DNA from: Octopus vulgaris
Lineage: Eukaryota
Assembly (NCBI GenBank): GCA_951406725.2
Contig: OX597830.1
Coordinates: 24,428,001-24,492,000, forward strand
Direction of reading: 5' to 3'
Length of the DNA stretch: 64,000 nucleotides
Shown in pieces: positions 51,721 through 64,000 of the stretch. The position numbers and the translations under genes were made by a program. How positions within the stretch are numbered: position 1 is the stretch's first letter; each line of letters opens with the position of its first letter. Below the pieces are notes generated by a model. The model saw only the letters and a program-made list of their open reading frames with translations. It was not told the DNA's origin and ran no database searches.

Positions 51721-53082
51721 TATCAAATGTGAGGATAAAATTCTTTTCGAAAAAAAATATTTTCTCGAAAAGAATTTTATCAATGGCCAGCATATTAAAA
51801 AATACCTTTAACGGTTAAATTTATAAACAATTCATAAATGAGGGCAAAGGAAAAAAATTCTAATGCCGAAAAATTGGACATATTGTCCATTAACCATATA
51901 ATTTTTTCACTAAACCATCAGTTTCTGCAGGTGATAACAGCAGACGGATAAGGTAGATTCAGCCAGCGCTTAAGCTATTCTTCTGCATATGTTAATGATG
52001 TGCATCGCAGCATAGTGAAGCTATTGATGTTGCAGCTATTTCTTTCGATATTTCGTTCTGCTAGGCTGAATGGTGATATAGTAGTTTGAGATGTTAAGAT
52101 CTAGAGTGTTTGTCTGAAGGTGGATTTTCATGAAGTGAAAGTTGTGGGTTTTCTTAGCAGCAGACTATGCATTATATATGTAAAGGAAGTTTTCGTTTAG
52201 TTTTTACGATGTAGACATGTGATCATGAGGTTAGGTTGTTGCCGTCATGACAAGATTGCGTTTTCAATTTCCGGACGGGGCGGTGCTTGTATTCCTGAAC
52301 AAAACACTTAATTTCATGTTGCTTCAGTCCACTCAACTGGAAATGAATTCCAGCAATTCCCGGGAAGTTAACCCTGTGATAAACTGGCAACCAGTCAAAT
52401 ACTATGGAAACCGAATTAGACTAGGGTTTTATTGGTCCTACAGCTTATGACAGACAAGTCCTTAGTGTGTTGTAATCTCTATACAACCTGCTATGCAGTA
52501 GTGAACTGTTTTTGCTCGTCAAATCCTCACTCCATTTACAAGGCCACTTTCCTCGGCCAGCCTTGAATGAATTTCTACTCTTACCAAAATTAAATATCAG
52601 TATTTTGCATTTTAATACTGTTTAGGTTAAAATTTGTCTTTAGCAATAACTTCTCGTTCCGGAACGAATTTGCGTATAAAGACCTACGAATTTGATCAAA
52701 GCGATTAATTTTGCTTCAAGCAATGGTTTGGAATAATTTTCGGAAAATTGGTTCTTTTGAAGATGTGCCCACCTAGAATATCAACTCTTTCTCTCTCTTA
52801 CCTGGAAGTGGGCATAAGGGGTAGCGGTGTTTGTTAGTCTGAAGTTCTTCGGGAAACGTTCCTAACTGTATTCTAAGGTGATCAGTTAGGTAAAGAAAGC
52901 TAGTTTCTTTTGACTAAATTTCAACGGATAAATCTCGCGCACATTCAGAAAGATTCTCTTGTATGCTTTCCATTGATCCTAAATCGTAATTTTGAGGTAT
53001 CACTTAAGAACATAGAATTTATCATTCAGACATGAAGAGTTTCAGTGGAGTTGTTGGAGTTCTTTAATATATGTATCTACTA

Positions 53083-53928
53083 AAGCGGTGAGCTGGCACA
53101 ATCGTTAGCATGCCGGGTAAATTGCTTGGCGGCATTTCGTCCATCTTCACGCTCAGAATTCAAATACTACCGGGGTCAACTTTGCCTTTTTATCGTTTTG
53201 GAGTCGATAAAATAAAGGACCAATCGAGTACTGGAATCGTTGTAATCGATTAGCTTCATCTCTAAAGTTGCTGGTCTTTTCCCAAAATTTGAAACCATAT
53301 ACGAGAAGTCTTTACAGAATCTCAGTAGATTAGCAGTGGGGTAGGTGTTCCTCAATTGCAAGCAATCGTCTTGTTGTAATCCTATGAAAATTCAAGTCGT
53401 GTATAAAACCCCAAGGTCACTAACTTTAACCAGGTCATTCCTACACTATAGTAACCTCGAAGCGTTCGTTGCTGTGCTTCTTCATCCAGATGGCCTTATA
53501 AAATAACGGAAGGCGGTGAACTGACGGAATCGTTAGCACGCCGGGCGAAATACTTGGTGATATTTGGTCTGTCGCTACGTTTTGAGGTCAGATTCCACCG
53601 GGGTTGATTTTTGCCTTTCATCTTTTTGGGGTCGATAAAATACGTACCAGTTTGAACACGGAAATCGATTCCATCGACTAACCCCCTCCCCCAAAATGGC
53701 TGGCCTTGAACCAATATTTGAAACCATTATAAGGCGGTGAGTTGGCAGTCGTAAGCACGCTGGGCAAAATGCTTAGCGGCATTTCGTCCGATTTTATTCG
53801 GGGTCGATTTTGCCTTTAAATTCTTTAGGGGTCAGTAAAATATGTAGCAGTTGAACACTAGGGTCGATAAGATCGATTTATCCTTTCTCCCGAAATTTCG
53901 GGCCTTGTGCCAAAAATTAAAACCATTA
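53083..53928 (+). mobile_element. Cluster of three diverged family B SINE monomers (53083-53298, 53510-53729, 53731-53928)
   Basis: Each has a GGCGGTGAGCTGGC-like head, the TTTGCCTTT core and a CCAAAATTTGAAACCAT-like tail. Confidence 0.8.
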
Positions 53929-54219
53929 TGATAAGTATTATTCCACTTTGATGGGGGAGATGTAGACGAGGTGTCGAATCCGATGCCAATCACGAGTAAT
54001 TAGTACTTTAGTGATAATCACAAATGACGAATTGCAAATGTTTTTTTTTCCGGTTATAAATATAAACTGACAATTTTAGTTACTCTATAATGGCGTCGTG
54101 ATTTGTCCTTAGATGGTAGAATAGAATCCAACATTGGTTTGCTAATTATCCCCATATTAGATTTGAATAGATTGATTTAATGTTGAAATATTACTATAAT
54201 TTTTTTCCTGAAGTAAAAG

Positions 54220-54700
54220 GGCTTCGGTAGGCTTTGATGGTGCCCATTCTATCAATTTCTAGTGGGGTACATAAATCATTAGCTGCCTCATAGGTATTGC
54301 TTAGGACTTCATGACAAGACGTTTTATAACTGGACACCGTATCAGAAAAAGATATGTAGTATACTTTTCTCTAAATTTTGGGTCATATCAGAGCTTACGA
54401 ATAAATTATCATAGTTTTTGACGGAACTTACTTAAAGTTCTAGATGCGGGTTAATGCAGATAATTTACATGAAATGGGTTGCCTCCAAATGGTTGTAAGA
54501 GGTTAGGAGGCGATTTTCAAGATTTTAATCCGATCATGGTTCGTGTGTTTTGATGGTATTTGTCGTGGGAGTATATTTTCCATCTGATGTTTGATAAAGC
54601 ATTCCACCGTCTGAAGTTATATTTTAGGGAAACTTTTCCAATTAGGAATGGCGAGATTTTAAGAAAACCTGACCAGCTATCAAATATATTACAATAAGTT
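54220..54700 (+). pseudogene. Possible highly decayed Helitron/PIF1 helicase remnant
   Basis: Broken motifs in the expected order: LAAS-GIA, LGGDFQ, then an (L/I)xNGE-like motif. Confidence 0.35.
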
Positions 54701-55396
54701 AATATATTAAATGTTGAGATAGTCATGCGTTGCTAGATCTATATGATCCAATTTGATACGGTCCATGAATTATTGGTAGATTTCAAGATGTTGCACGTCA
54801 TTTCTAAAAACCTAATTTCCGCGTCTTAGTTCCCAACTAGTTTTTATTACAGGTATTTTTAATTACGAAACAAATTAGTCAACGTTAATTGCAAATAGTA
54901 ACTTTCTCACTGTAGTGTTTCTTTTGCTTTTGTGGCGTGTGAATCAGCCTTAAAATTTTCTGATACTTTTCCTGTTTACCTCATTTTAGGCTTTCTTATT
55001 CGTTTTACTCTCAGCTTATCCGGGAGTGACGAAGCTTTTTGTTTTAATAAAACTGGTTATATTAGGTCGGTTAAATAATTTAACGAATCCATTTAACTTT
55101 CTTAGTCAAGCTGATAATTAAAATATAATATTCATATTTCATCGTTTTTCACAGGCAATTACCTTGTTAGAGATCTACCCATTTTCACAGTGGAGTCGGA
55201 CTGTCATTGGTCTCGTACTTTTGAGTTAAAATCTCGTCAATTTTGCGTTCATTCTTCCAGGATTAATGAAATATATTGCATGAAATCGATCTGTCAATCT
55301 CTGCATCGAAACATTATCTTCACCCTCGATGAAAAATATATTTCACTTTACATTTTATACAAACATGATTTAGCAGTTTATTATAGACGATACCTT

Positions 55397-55514
55397 GTGG
55401 AGGCGCAATGGCCCAGTGGATTGCTCAGCCACTTACACGTTAATTTCACGAGCAGGCTGTTCCGTTGATTGGATCAACCGGAACCCTCGTCGTCGTAACC
55501 GACGGAGTGCTTCC
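55397..55514 (+). mobile_element. Internally deleted SINE family C
   Basis: About 22 nt of head joined directly to the last ~95 nt of tail. Confidence 0.85.
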
Positions 55515-56229
55515 ACACTATTAGACGATACCTGGCACTTTGAATGAAATATTTTTGTGAGTGAGAAAATGGTTATCTTGAACTGACTACACCAGTTAAA
55601 CCATCTCCAATTAGAAAAATACCTTTTATAACCATTTCAAAACTATTAGGGAAAGCATAAAGTGGCAAGCCGAAACAATCGTTCGAGTGCCGGACGAAAT
55701 TCCCAGAGGCGTTTGTTTTGGATTTTTGTTCTGAATTAAAATACCGCAAGATATCACATTTGCCTTTCATGCTTTTGGGATCAATAAAATAAATCACCAT
55801 GCTAGTACTAGGGTCGATGTAATCGACCTGCCGCACTCCTCTAAAAATTGCTCCCCTTTAACATACGTATATTAAATTACGGAAGGCATAAACATCACAT
55901 CTCATTTTAATCCGCGGCTTCTTAACCGATATGCTGGAGCAATAAGAGAATATCAACCTTTAACTATCACTATCAAATATAGTAATGTGCTGAAGTTTCA
56001 AACCGGGAAAATGTCTCCAAAGCCCTCTTTTCACAACTCTTAGATCCAGTAAATAAAAAGTTGAGGTACTGCTACATATAAGGGTGTACTTTTGTTACTT
56101 CTACCCACCTTTTAAAGAATTTACTGGGAGTATCACCTCCTTCCATGCCTTCCTTTTCACTAAGTGAAATTTAAAGAATCGAGGACTTGACCAAAGAGTA
56201 AAGTGTCTATCTTCTGTCCGTTCAGCTTC

Positions 56230-57240
56230 TGCCATGCAGAGAAACAGTCATTCTCAACCATAACCGGCGTGTAGGAAGACATTTTAAACGATAGCTGTAG
56301 TCACGAATAGGACGGACCCATCTGTTAGACAAAACCTACAAAGTTTGTAAGTCTTGGGTGGTGTAAGATACGTTACTCCTCGCATCTCGCACAGACGTCG
56401 CTGATAGCACTCCCATGCTTTTATTTACCTCGAACGGGGATTGTCCCTACTCCTCTCGGTATCAATGGGCTAAACCAGAGATTTCTGGAACTAGTATTTC
56501 TATGTTTTCTGGTATAGGTCTATCAGTTTATTCGTCGGCGCCAATAGTTTTCCCGAGATAGTCGTCATCCTTCATCGCTATTCTTTCACATAACGTTGAC
56601 ACGCTAGTTCTGCCGATCGCATAACCAGACTGGAAGGGTGCTGTGAGAGCCTGGCAACATTCCAGATGCCAGCCACTCGGTTTTGGTATTTGCTTGATCT
56701 AGAACTTCAGCTCTGAAGAAAATGAGAAGCGGAAAGGCGTGATCGCAAAGACACCCTCACCTGCTCAGTTTAAGAAATTCGGCACATTCACAGTCCCGGC
56801 ATACCCAGCCGTTTCATTTTGACAAATGGGGCTACCCGACATGTGGAACGCGTCCTTTCCACAAAAGCACACATTTCAACCTGTTCCAGACGATGGTTAG
56901 AGAGTAATAAGAACGACAAATGTATTCGCTACCTTAGTCCTTTCTTAGCAACGCTATTACTCAGTTGAAAGAACTTGAGGGTGCATCTGTTCTGCTGCTA
57001 GTTGCAGTGGACATCTACCAAGACACCGGCAAATAAATCTGGCACGTATACAAATAGCTCCTAAGGGTAGACAGTTTAAACCAGGTGATTCGTGAATAGT
57101 ACAAGCAACCAGCACGACCTGCATCGTAGCTGTTGTCGATTCATCGCAACGCTCGACATCCTTCACTGATCCTACGAGAGGCTTTTAATCATGTTGGAGT
57201 GGAAACGTTTGTCTTCAATTGATGAGATCTCTAATGGCTT
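56230..57240 (-). pseudogene. Decayed, internally deleted Tx1 ORF2 related to 24845-27696
   Basis: Minus strand PGLNCLP...VPDLFAGVLVDVHCN*QQN, KVANTF, LWKGRVPHV, LGMP, QKSL, PVR...HGS...CARC. Confidence 0.75.
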
Positions 57241-58496
57241 TAGAAAGCTTATTGATCGCCTGCTTTTTTCCTTTGCTATATTTGAAGTAGAACGCTAATA
57301 GTTCATAGAAAAGTTTAGCGAACAAAAAAGACATCTTTGTTTTTTCCTTTCCTTTATATAATCACAGACAAGATGGGTTCTTCCTCAGATACATTGAAAT
57401 TTTCCTTTACCACTACGTCTTAGGCAATACTTTGTTTTTATCATATTTATCAGTACTGATACTATAGCTGTGATTTAATATGCCGGGTGATTTCTTTTTA
57501 ATCTTTTTAAAGTATCTTTAAACTTGCGGTAATATTTCTTCTGCAGTTTTAATTTTTGAATATGCAGTTGGCATGTCAGTGAACGGTGAAAGACCTCTGT
57601 TTATTCTATATTAAATAACCTATAACTTCGACTTATCTTCGTGTTTGGCTGCTATTCCACCTCTTGTATCAATTACTTGCCATCTTTAATCTCGTAGCTA
57701 TTTGCCGTAAGTTCAGCTACTTTTATATTGTCATCTGCTCTGAGCCAGGATTCTTTCACGGTTATAATATCAACGTCAAATTCATGTTTTCTGATGTGTC
57801 GAGTTTTATTTCTCACATTACGTGCATTTTATATACAAAAACTGACGGCTTGAATTCGATACGTTAATGTTAAAAATAATGGATCACATAAAACTTTAAA
57901 TTTTATTTGGTTGTAATAGTTGTAAGGTCTTAAACTGTGCAACGTGAGATATATTTTTATTCCGGTGAATTCTAATCTAATTCTTAGAATTCTTGTAGCT
58001 TCAATTTGCTGATATTGTAATTCTGGATGTTAAAGGCGCAGCTTTATATTTTCACCATCTTGATTCTCGATGATATCATTAAACTTGTGCTTGGTGCTTT
58101 AAGTTCATCGCGCATTCTTTTCTCTAAGTTGAGTATATCTTGATGTACACATTTTCTCCAATTCAAATTGTTTCTGAATTCTTTCATTTAAACAGATTAG
58201 TAACCACCTGACTTTCCTCTAATATTTAGCTCTAAGTACTGGGTATGTCGGTTACATTGCGTAGTCGTCACATCACGTATAAGTTCCTCAATTCTATTTT
58301 CTCTTAGTCCTATAGTTGTTTTAACGACGCCTTTTTAGCTCAACAACCTCAAATGTAATGTTACAGATGTCATTGCAGGACGTTAATAGCGCATGAAAGG
58401 AACTTGCGGAGGATAAAATGGTGGTTATCTTGGAGTCCTTGGAGAAATCTTTCATACCGTGAGGTTCTTTGTGATACATAAGAATTAGGACATTTA

Positions 58497-58720
58497 GGCG
58501 GCGAGCTGGCAGAACCGTTAGCACGCCGGGCGAAATGCGTAGCCGTATTTCGTCTGCCGTTACGTTCTGAGTTCAAATTCCGCCGAGGTTGACTTTGCCT
58601 TTCATCCTTTCGGGGTCGATAAATTAAGTACCAGTTACGCACTGGGGTCGATGTAATCGACTTAATTCGTTTGTCTGTCCTTGTTTGTCCCCTGTTTAGC
58701 CCCTTGTGGGTAATAAAGAA
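58497..58720 (+). mobile_element. Young family B SINE monomer (tail A) with a 21-bp TSD
   Basis: ACATAAGAATTAGGACATTTA at 58476-58496 and 58721-58741. Confidence 0.95.
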
Positions 58721-58799
58721 ACATAAGAATTAGGACATTTATACGCAACATCCATTTTGGTATCCTTTCATCAACGGACTATATTCCCAGGGTGGCAGT

Positions 58800-59160
58800 C
58801 GAGTAGGTCATTACTTTTTAACGTGAATCCGATCCTACCAGTAAAGACGTTTCATCTGGCGACGAGGATTTGGTGTCTAGTTCTCTAGAGGGCATCTCAT
58901 TGCTTGCTCTAAAGCCTATTGTCGATATAGGTCGTCTGACTCTCCTGGTTCTTCTGTTGGTTGCCAGAGCACTAACCTGTTAGCAATTTCATCGGTATGT
59001 CTGATGCAGTGTCCTGCTAGCCTCCTCCTATGCTGTATCTTCAATGTTACTTTTTGTTGTCCCTGGTATAAGTCTGCATTAGCTGTATGACTCTTCCAGG
59101 AGGTATTGAGCGCCATTCTAAGCATCCTTGTATAACAACCGTCCAACTGTTTGAATTTAT
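58800..59160 (-). pseudogene. RTE/RTEX LINE 3' remnant
   Basis: LDGCYTRMLRMALNTSW...LY...RRRLAGHCIRH...LVLWQP. Confidence 0.8.
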
Positions 59161-59569
59161 TTGATGCATGTCTGCTCAACATTAGCGCAAGACCATCTGC
59201 TGACAGAATCAGATTCTGGGGGAGTTTCTATTAATCTTTGTTTGAATAAAGTATACTATTGAACAGTTTTTCGTATTTCCGTTTCCAATCCTTAAATACC
59301 GATCATCCAATAATTTATCGAACATTTGTCCCTACTTGATCATAACGTGATATCAATAACGGGCGGCCACGAGGCAGTCGTTAAAGCGTTGGTTTGGTTT
59401 GCTTTGCGATAATCGTTCTGGTTATCTACACCCTGAGTTCAAATCCCACCGAAGTCAACCTTGCTTTTTCGAGATCGATAAGGTATAATTCCCACACAGG
59501 ATCTCTCACTCTCCCGAAAAATTCTGTAGTGGTCAGGCCTGAAAATGGGCTCTAAAAATAACTACATGC

Positions 59570-59995
59570 CATAAGAGCTGGTGGCTGGATGCTACGGTAA
59601 GTATCGAATTCGTAGCAGTTGCTGAAATAATCTCTTTCAGTCTTTCAATATTGGTTATAGTTTCCATCAGATAACCCATCCCACTGGCCACTTTGTCTTT
59701 AGGTAGAAAAGCCAGTCCAACATTCTACAAAAATGTTTCACTCGATCGTCATTCCGGTGTTCAGTAGTCAATCCTAAATCTGCAGTTTTCCAATTACTTG
59801 AGGTCAGATGGTAGAAAGTCACGAGACAACACGTGTGACCGTTTCAAGGCAGAATTTGTTTTAATGCTAAATAACACAGGGTCATTGTAATAGCGTTGAC
59901 GTTTCCCTGCTACTATGGCAACCAACGTGTTAATGCTTTCTTTGAAAGCTGAGTCAATGGAAAGGGTTTTCATCAACATAATCTCCAGGCGGCCT
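59570..59995 (-). pseudogene. MULE/Mutator transposase remnant
   Basis: FYHLTSSNWKTADLGLTTEHRNDDRVKHFCRML-GLAFLPKDKVASGMGYL, resembling CxxH...W...LGL...LAFLP. Confidence 0.65.
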
Positions 59996-60040
59996 AAATG
60001 CACAAGTCTCCGATAACCAAGTGGTTAAGTGTCAGGACCT

Positions 60041-60287
60041 CCAGGATTCATGACCTGAATGTGGCCTGGCCCCTTAGGTGATCCAGGATTCATGACCTGA
60101 ATGTGGCCTGGCCCCTTAGGTGATCCAGGAGTCATGACCTGAATGTGGCCTGGCCCCTTAGGTGATCCAGGAGTCATGACCTGAATGTGGCCTGCCCCCT
60201 TAGGTGATCCAGGAGTCAAGACCTGAATGTGGCTTGGCCCCTTAGGTGATCCAGGAGTCATGACCTGAATGCGGCCTGGCCCCTTAG
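60041..60287. repeat. 42-bp minisatellite, ~5.9 copies
   Basis: Unit CCAGGAGTCATGACCTGAATGTGGCCTGGCCCCTTAGGTGAT. Confidence 0.95.
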
Positions 60288-61377
60288 AGCCGAAGCACTT
60301 GCCTGAGTGAGGTTTCGTCTATGGAGACATTTTGACGTTCATCTTTTTAGTTTCTTACAGTACTCATAATGTCTATACGGATCAGTTGTGATGTAACTCC
60401 AATGGTGCAACGAATTTATCTGCGTGATCTTGTTACCGTCTGAAATGTCATCTGAAATCATTTCGTAATTGACTAGAGTTGATCAAAAACCAATTGTCTT
60501 TTATGTCATCAGATGTGCTTGATTTCGCCTAATAAAATGGAAGTTAGAGAGAGAACGATTTCAAAATCCCACAAGAATTTAAGTACTCTTTGTAAAAATC
60601 AGACTAGGTTTGAATGTCTTCAATGTGATGTCATTAATGTGTGGTCTACATAGTCACCGTTTAAAGTGTACAGCTGTTCTGGAACCCACAAGCCCTGAGC
60701 CAAGTCAACTTCGATATCAACTGATTACATAACTATCTACGGATGTTCTATTTGGTTTAAAACTGTCGTATGGAAGGTTGTTCATCTATAGAGGCTGTTG
60801 GTTGTGATAAATGAACAACTAACAAACTTTACCACTGCACATCGTATGTTCTGTGTTAGTTTTTCAACGGAGAGTGTAACCAATTATTTATACGCAATGG
60901 GGAAACAAACTCTGTAGTCTGACAAAATAGTCGATACTTATAGCTCCGTATCTACGCTGTCACACCTGGAGAAATGTGTTAAATTCATGACGGCAAATCT
61001 TCTCGACTGGAGAATGGAAACAGGAATATGGAGTTATTGAAGCTGTTCGACATTCTGTATCTGCCCACGGCTGGTGAATAAAAATGGAGTCATCACTGTA
61101 ACAGCTTCAACATTCTGAAATTAGCACCGCAAATTTATAAGCCTCGTTAGTTTCAAAAAGATCGAATGGCATGATAGTTCGATGTTTTGTCAGCCGTGAC
61201 TAAACTGCTGTTTAGCGATCCAGTTTCGATTCTGCAGCAGGACAATGAGGCATAGAGGCAGAACGGGAATATTCTTGCTTCCGATGTCTTTTTTTAATAT
61301 TTACTCCAGCAGTATCTGTCATCAGCTGAGTCAACGGAGAGAAGTTATAACTATACGAAATCTCTAGGCAATTAAAA

Positions 61378-61790
61378 TACACAAGTCTCCGATTACCAAG
61401 TGGCTAAAAGTATCAACAGGACACCCAGGAGTCATGACCTGAATGCGGCCTAGCCCCTTAGAAGTTAAGGGCCGAGATGCCTGAACAGGGTTTCTTCTAC
61501 GAATTGTTTTTGCAGTTCAGCTCTCGGTCGTTTCTTACCACCGTGCTCACAAAAGGTCTACACTGACCAGATGTAATACTGTAGCGTAAATGGTGCCACG
61601 AATTTATCTGCGTGCTCTAGTCACCGTCTGAAATGTTATCCGAAATCATTTCGGCTCGAGTTGATCAAAACCCAATTGAAATTCCCTTTGCCTTTTAGAA
61701 AAGTCATCAGGTGTGGGATTTTGAGGTCGTTCTTGAGGTCTGCTTTCCATTTTATTGGGCAAAGTGGATCATGAGAATTTAAGTAGAATC
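61378..61790. repeat. Diverged direct duplicate of ~60000-60590, carrying a single minisatellite unit
   Basis: Shared CACAAGTCTCCGAT.ACCAAGTGG, AATGGTGC.ACGAATTTATCTGCGTG and GAGTTGATCAAAA. Confidence 0.85.
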
Positions 61791-61899
61791 CATGTAAGGA
61801 TCACTAAGGTTCCTATTGATTGTCTGGTGCCAGTTCATCTTGGAACATCTAATCTGTAGTTGACCTTGAGGGTTCCTCTTAAGGACTTCGTTGACAAGC

Positions 61900-62060
61900 C
61901 TGTTCGTCGGTGATTTCGCGCGCCTTTTGCCTGTCGGTTCCTAGGCACACGTATTGAACCACGCCACTTGCACACATTCGCACGCGCGCATATTCGTCTC
62001 ATTCGCTTTGAGACGTGGTTGCAAAGTATGTTCATGTAATGTTACAAGCCGTTTCTTACA
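61900..62060 (-). pseudogene. Possible FLYWCH-like zinc-finger remnant (MULE N-terminus)
   Basis: HYMNIL...RRICARANVCKWRGSIRV on the same strand as, and upstream of, the MULE remnant. Confidence 0.3.
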
Positions 62061-64000
62061 AATCACTCTTATGTTAACGTATTACATCCAGTAATAAACG
62101 CTATGACTTATGAACGTCTGACAAGTTCTTATTTTTCTTGTTTTACGAACAAGATGGCGACCCCTCTTTCTCGCATGCAAGTGTAAAATTGTAGGTCGTC
62201 ACATACTGACATCGCTACAGTCTCATGAAGGAAGACAAAATTTACAAATTAAAGTACTTGCAGCATACTTCATAACATTTCTAATACATTACAATATACT
62301 ATAAATACTGAAAGTAAATCTCTAAATCCATTTCATGTTATGGTATCTTTGACACCAGGTCAGTCGTCGGTTATTTTGCAGGAACTGTGACGTCATTATG
62401 GTAGTGTTTATACCAGTCAGGTACGTTTGATGTATATTATAGTAGGTAATTTACAATATTTGGCCTTTTTGTTAAATTCTTTTAAAGAACTGGAGAAATT
62501 TTAAACAAACAATGCAGAATTGTTGCATGCAAAGTTTACTGATTGAAGCATAGGTAAAATGCTATTGAAACACAAATGTGGAGGCTTCAGGGGTCGATGG
62601 GGAAGCTACAGGTTACCCAAGCCTTTTAGCTAGGAAACCCCGTGTTATACATTCATATCTATGTGTATACGTAGGTATACGTGTGTAGAATACATCCCCA
62701 CTTTTGGCACTATTTTGTTAGTAAACAGTACGAACTGTCTAAAGTATATATGTAATACTACGCTGAATGTTGATAGTTCGTGTAACATGTAAAGCAAATC
62801 AACACGTAAAACAATAACAATGCCTTCATTTGAGTTGTCTATCATCCATCGAGAACGAAACTACACATAACACCCCGTGTCTTCGGAGCTCGAGCTATTT
62901 TCCACGAAAATTTGGGGTTGTCTTATACAAATATAGCTCAAAACCCACTTTTTAAATGGAAATCTTGGTGGCCGTCTTGTACACACAGTCGTATATTATG
63001 CACCAGCATATAGGGTATTTAAGAATCTTATTTCGAATCCGACACTCTGAGCATTACCTCAAACAGTCGTAAGGACGCCGGAGTACCCCTCATGCGTCTT
63101 TGCATTTCTGATTTGACATTTCGCTCAGGGGAAACGCCGAAGAAATTAAAATCACGGTAAGGGGATCAACCCTTACGAACGTCTCAAATTCCGTGACTTG
63201 AAAAATGCTGTCAATTGGCGATATTTCTGTCACGGATGCTGTAGCCAGCTTCACCGCAGCATTTAGAATGTGAAGAATCACTTGCTGTAGCCCTCTAAAC
63301 GATACCTATTTCTATCCCAGAAGCAAAGTATTCATATCGGGCTTTTTTAAGGAATCCTACAGGTTCCAGGAATAAAGGAATTCTTTGGTTTAGGCTTGCT
63401 TCAAAATTAAGTTTCTGTCGAGTAAAGAGCCTTGCATATTATCATGGCAGTCTCTGAAGTTTTGCTTGATTAAGTCCGCTACGTATCAGTCTCTCACATA
63501 TGCCGGTACAGATTCTATGAACGATAGATGCTAAGCTCATTTGGGCCAGCGACACAGACCCTTAAAGTAATGAACCACTTCATTTCCGATATATCTAACA
63601 AGTTCGATTTTAGTGCTCAGGTGACCGAAACTTATCAACATTGTAGGCTCGGTGGATAGTGTCTAGCTGACGCATAACATGTTTACTGATATTGATTAGT
63701 TGTCATGGTTTCTTATCAACAAACACCTGAACAGACCGGGAGTTAAATAATACAAACGTGATCGCTTAAAACTTTTACATTCTTATTTGCTCCTTCCTCG
63801 TAAGGGAAGGGAACACTTACCGGGTAGTTGCAAACCGGGGATAGGGAAATATTAAAGCAATAGTTCGTTGCTATTTTCATTGAAATGTTTATTCAATTTC
63901 TTTTTTTTTTTAAGTGAACAATGAAAATCCCGTCACAACATACGTCTGTCGTCTGCATTCCTTTTAACACAGCAGACAATGACAAATGTCGTCCGTTTCT

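Noticed and set aside
51900-53050. Possible Penelope RT remnant on the minus strand (TLDLNISNYY...)
   Set aside because: A single weak motif with no catalytic residues visible.
60041-60287. Regular repeats as a possible CRISPR array (also 38126-38234)
   Set aside because: Head-to-tail units with no unique spacers, no cas genes, and a eukaryotic context.

Overview
Repeat-saturated animal DNA, with one 100-N gap at 9286-9385. The SINE families and the (TA)n/(GATA)n/(CATA)n load suggest an octopus genome (inference). I found no host protein-coding gene; most listed ORFs are microsatellite or SINE read-throughs. The window holds Tx1/L1-clade LINE sequences (one near-intact ORF2 at 24.8-27.7 kb, ORF1 pieces, one decayed copy), a CR1-type LINE, an RTE remnant, mariner/Tc1, hAT, MULE and Helitron-type remnants, many MITEs, and at least four tRNA-derived SINE families. 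Main observations: (1) several minimal type I hammerhead ribozymes (HHRs) sit in short TA-flanked units. (2) Two divergent ORF1-bearing Tx1-like elements are stacked head-to-tail at one 24-nt target that ends exactly at an HHR catalytic core, suggesting a site-specific retrotransposon that targets a ribozyme-bearing element. (3) SINE 3' tails match both the CR1 LINE and two Tx1 lineages in this window, including a dimeric SINE carrying both Tx1 tails. (4) A possible decayed Polinton/Maverick capsid gene lies at 42.4-43.1 kb. All protein-family calls come from reading motifs by eye, not from database searches.
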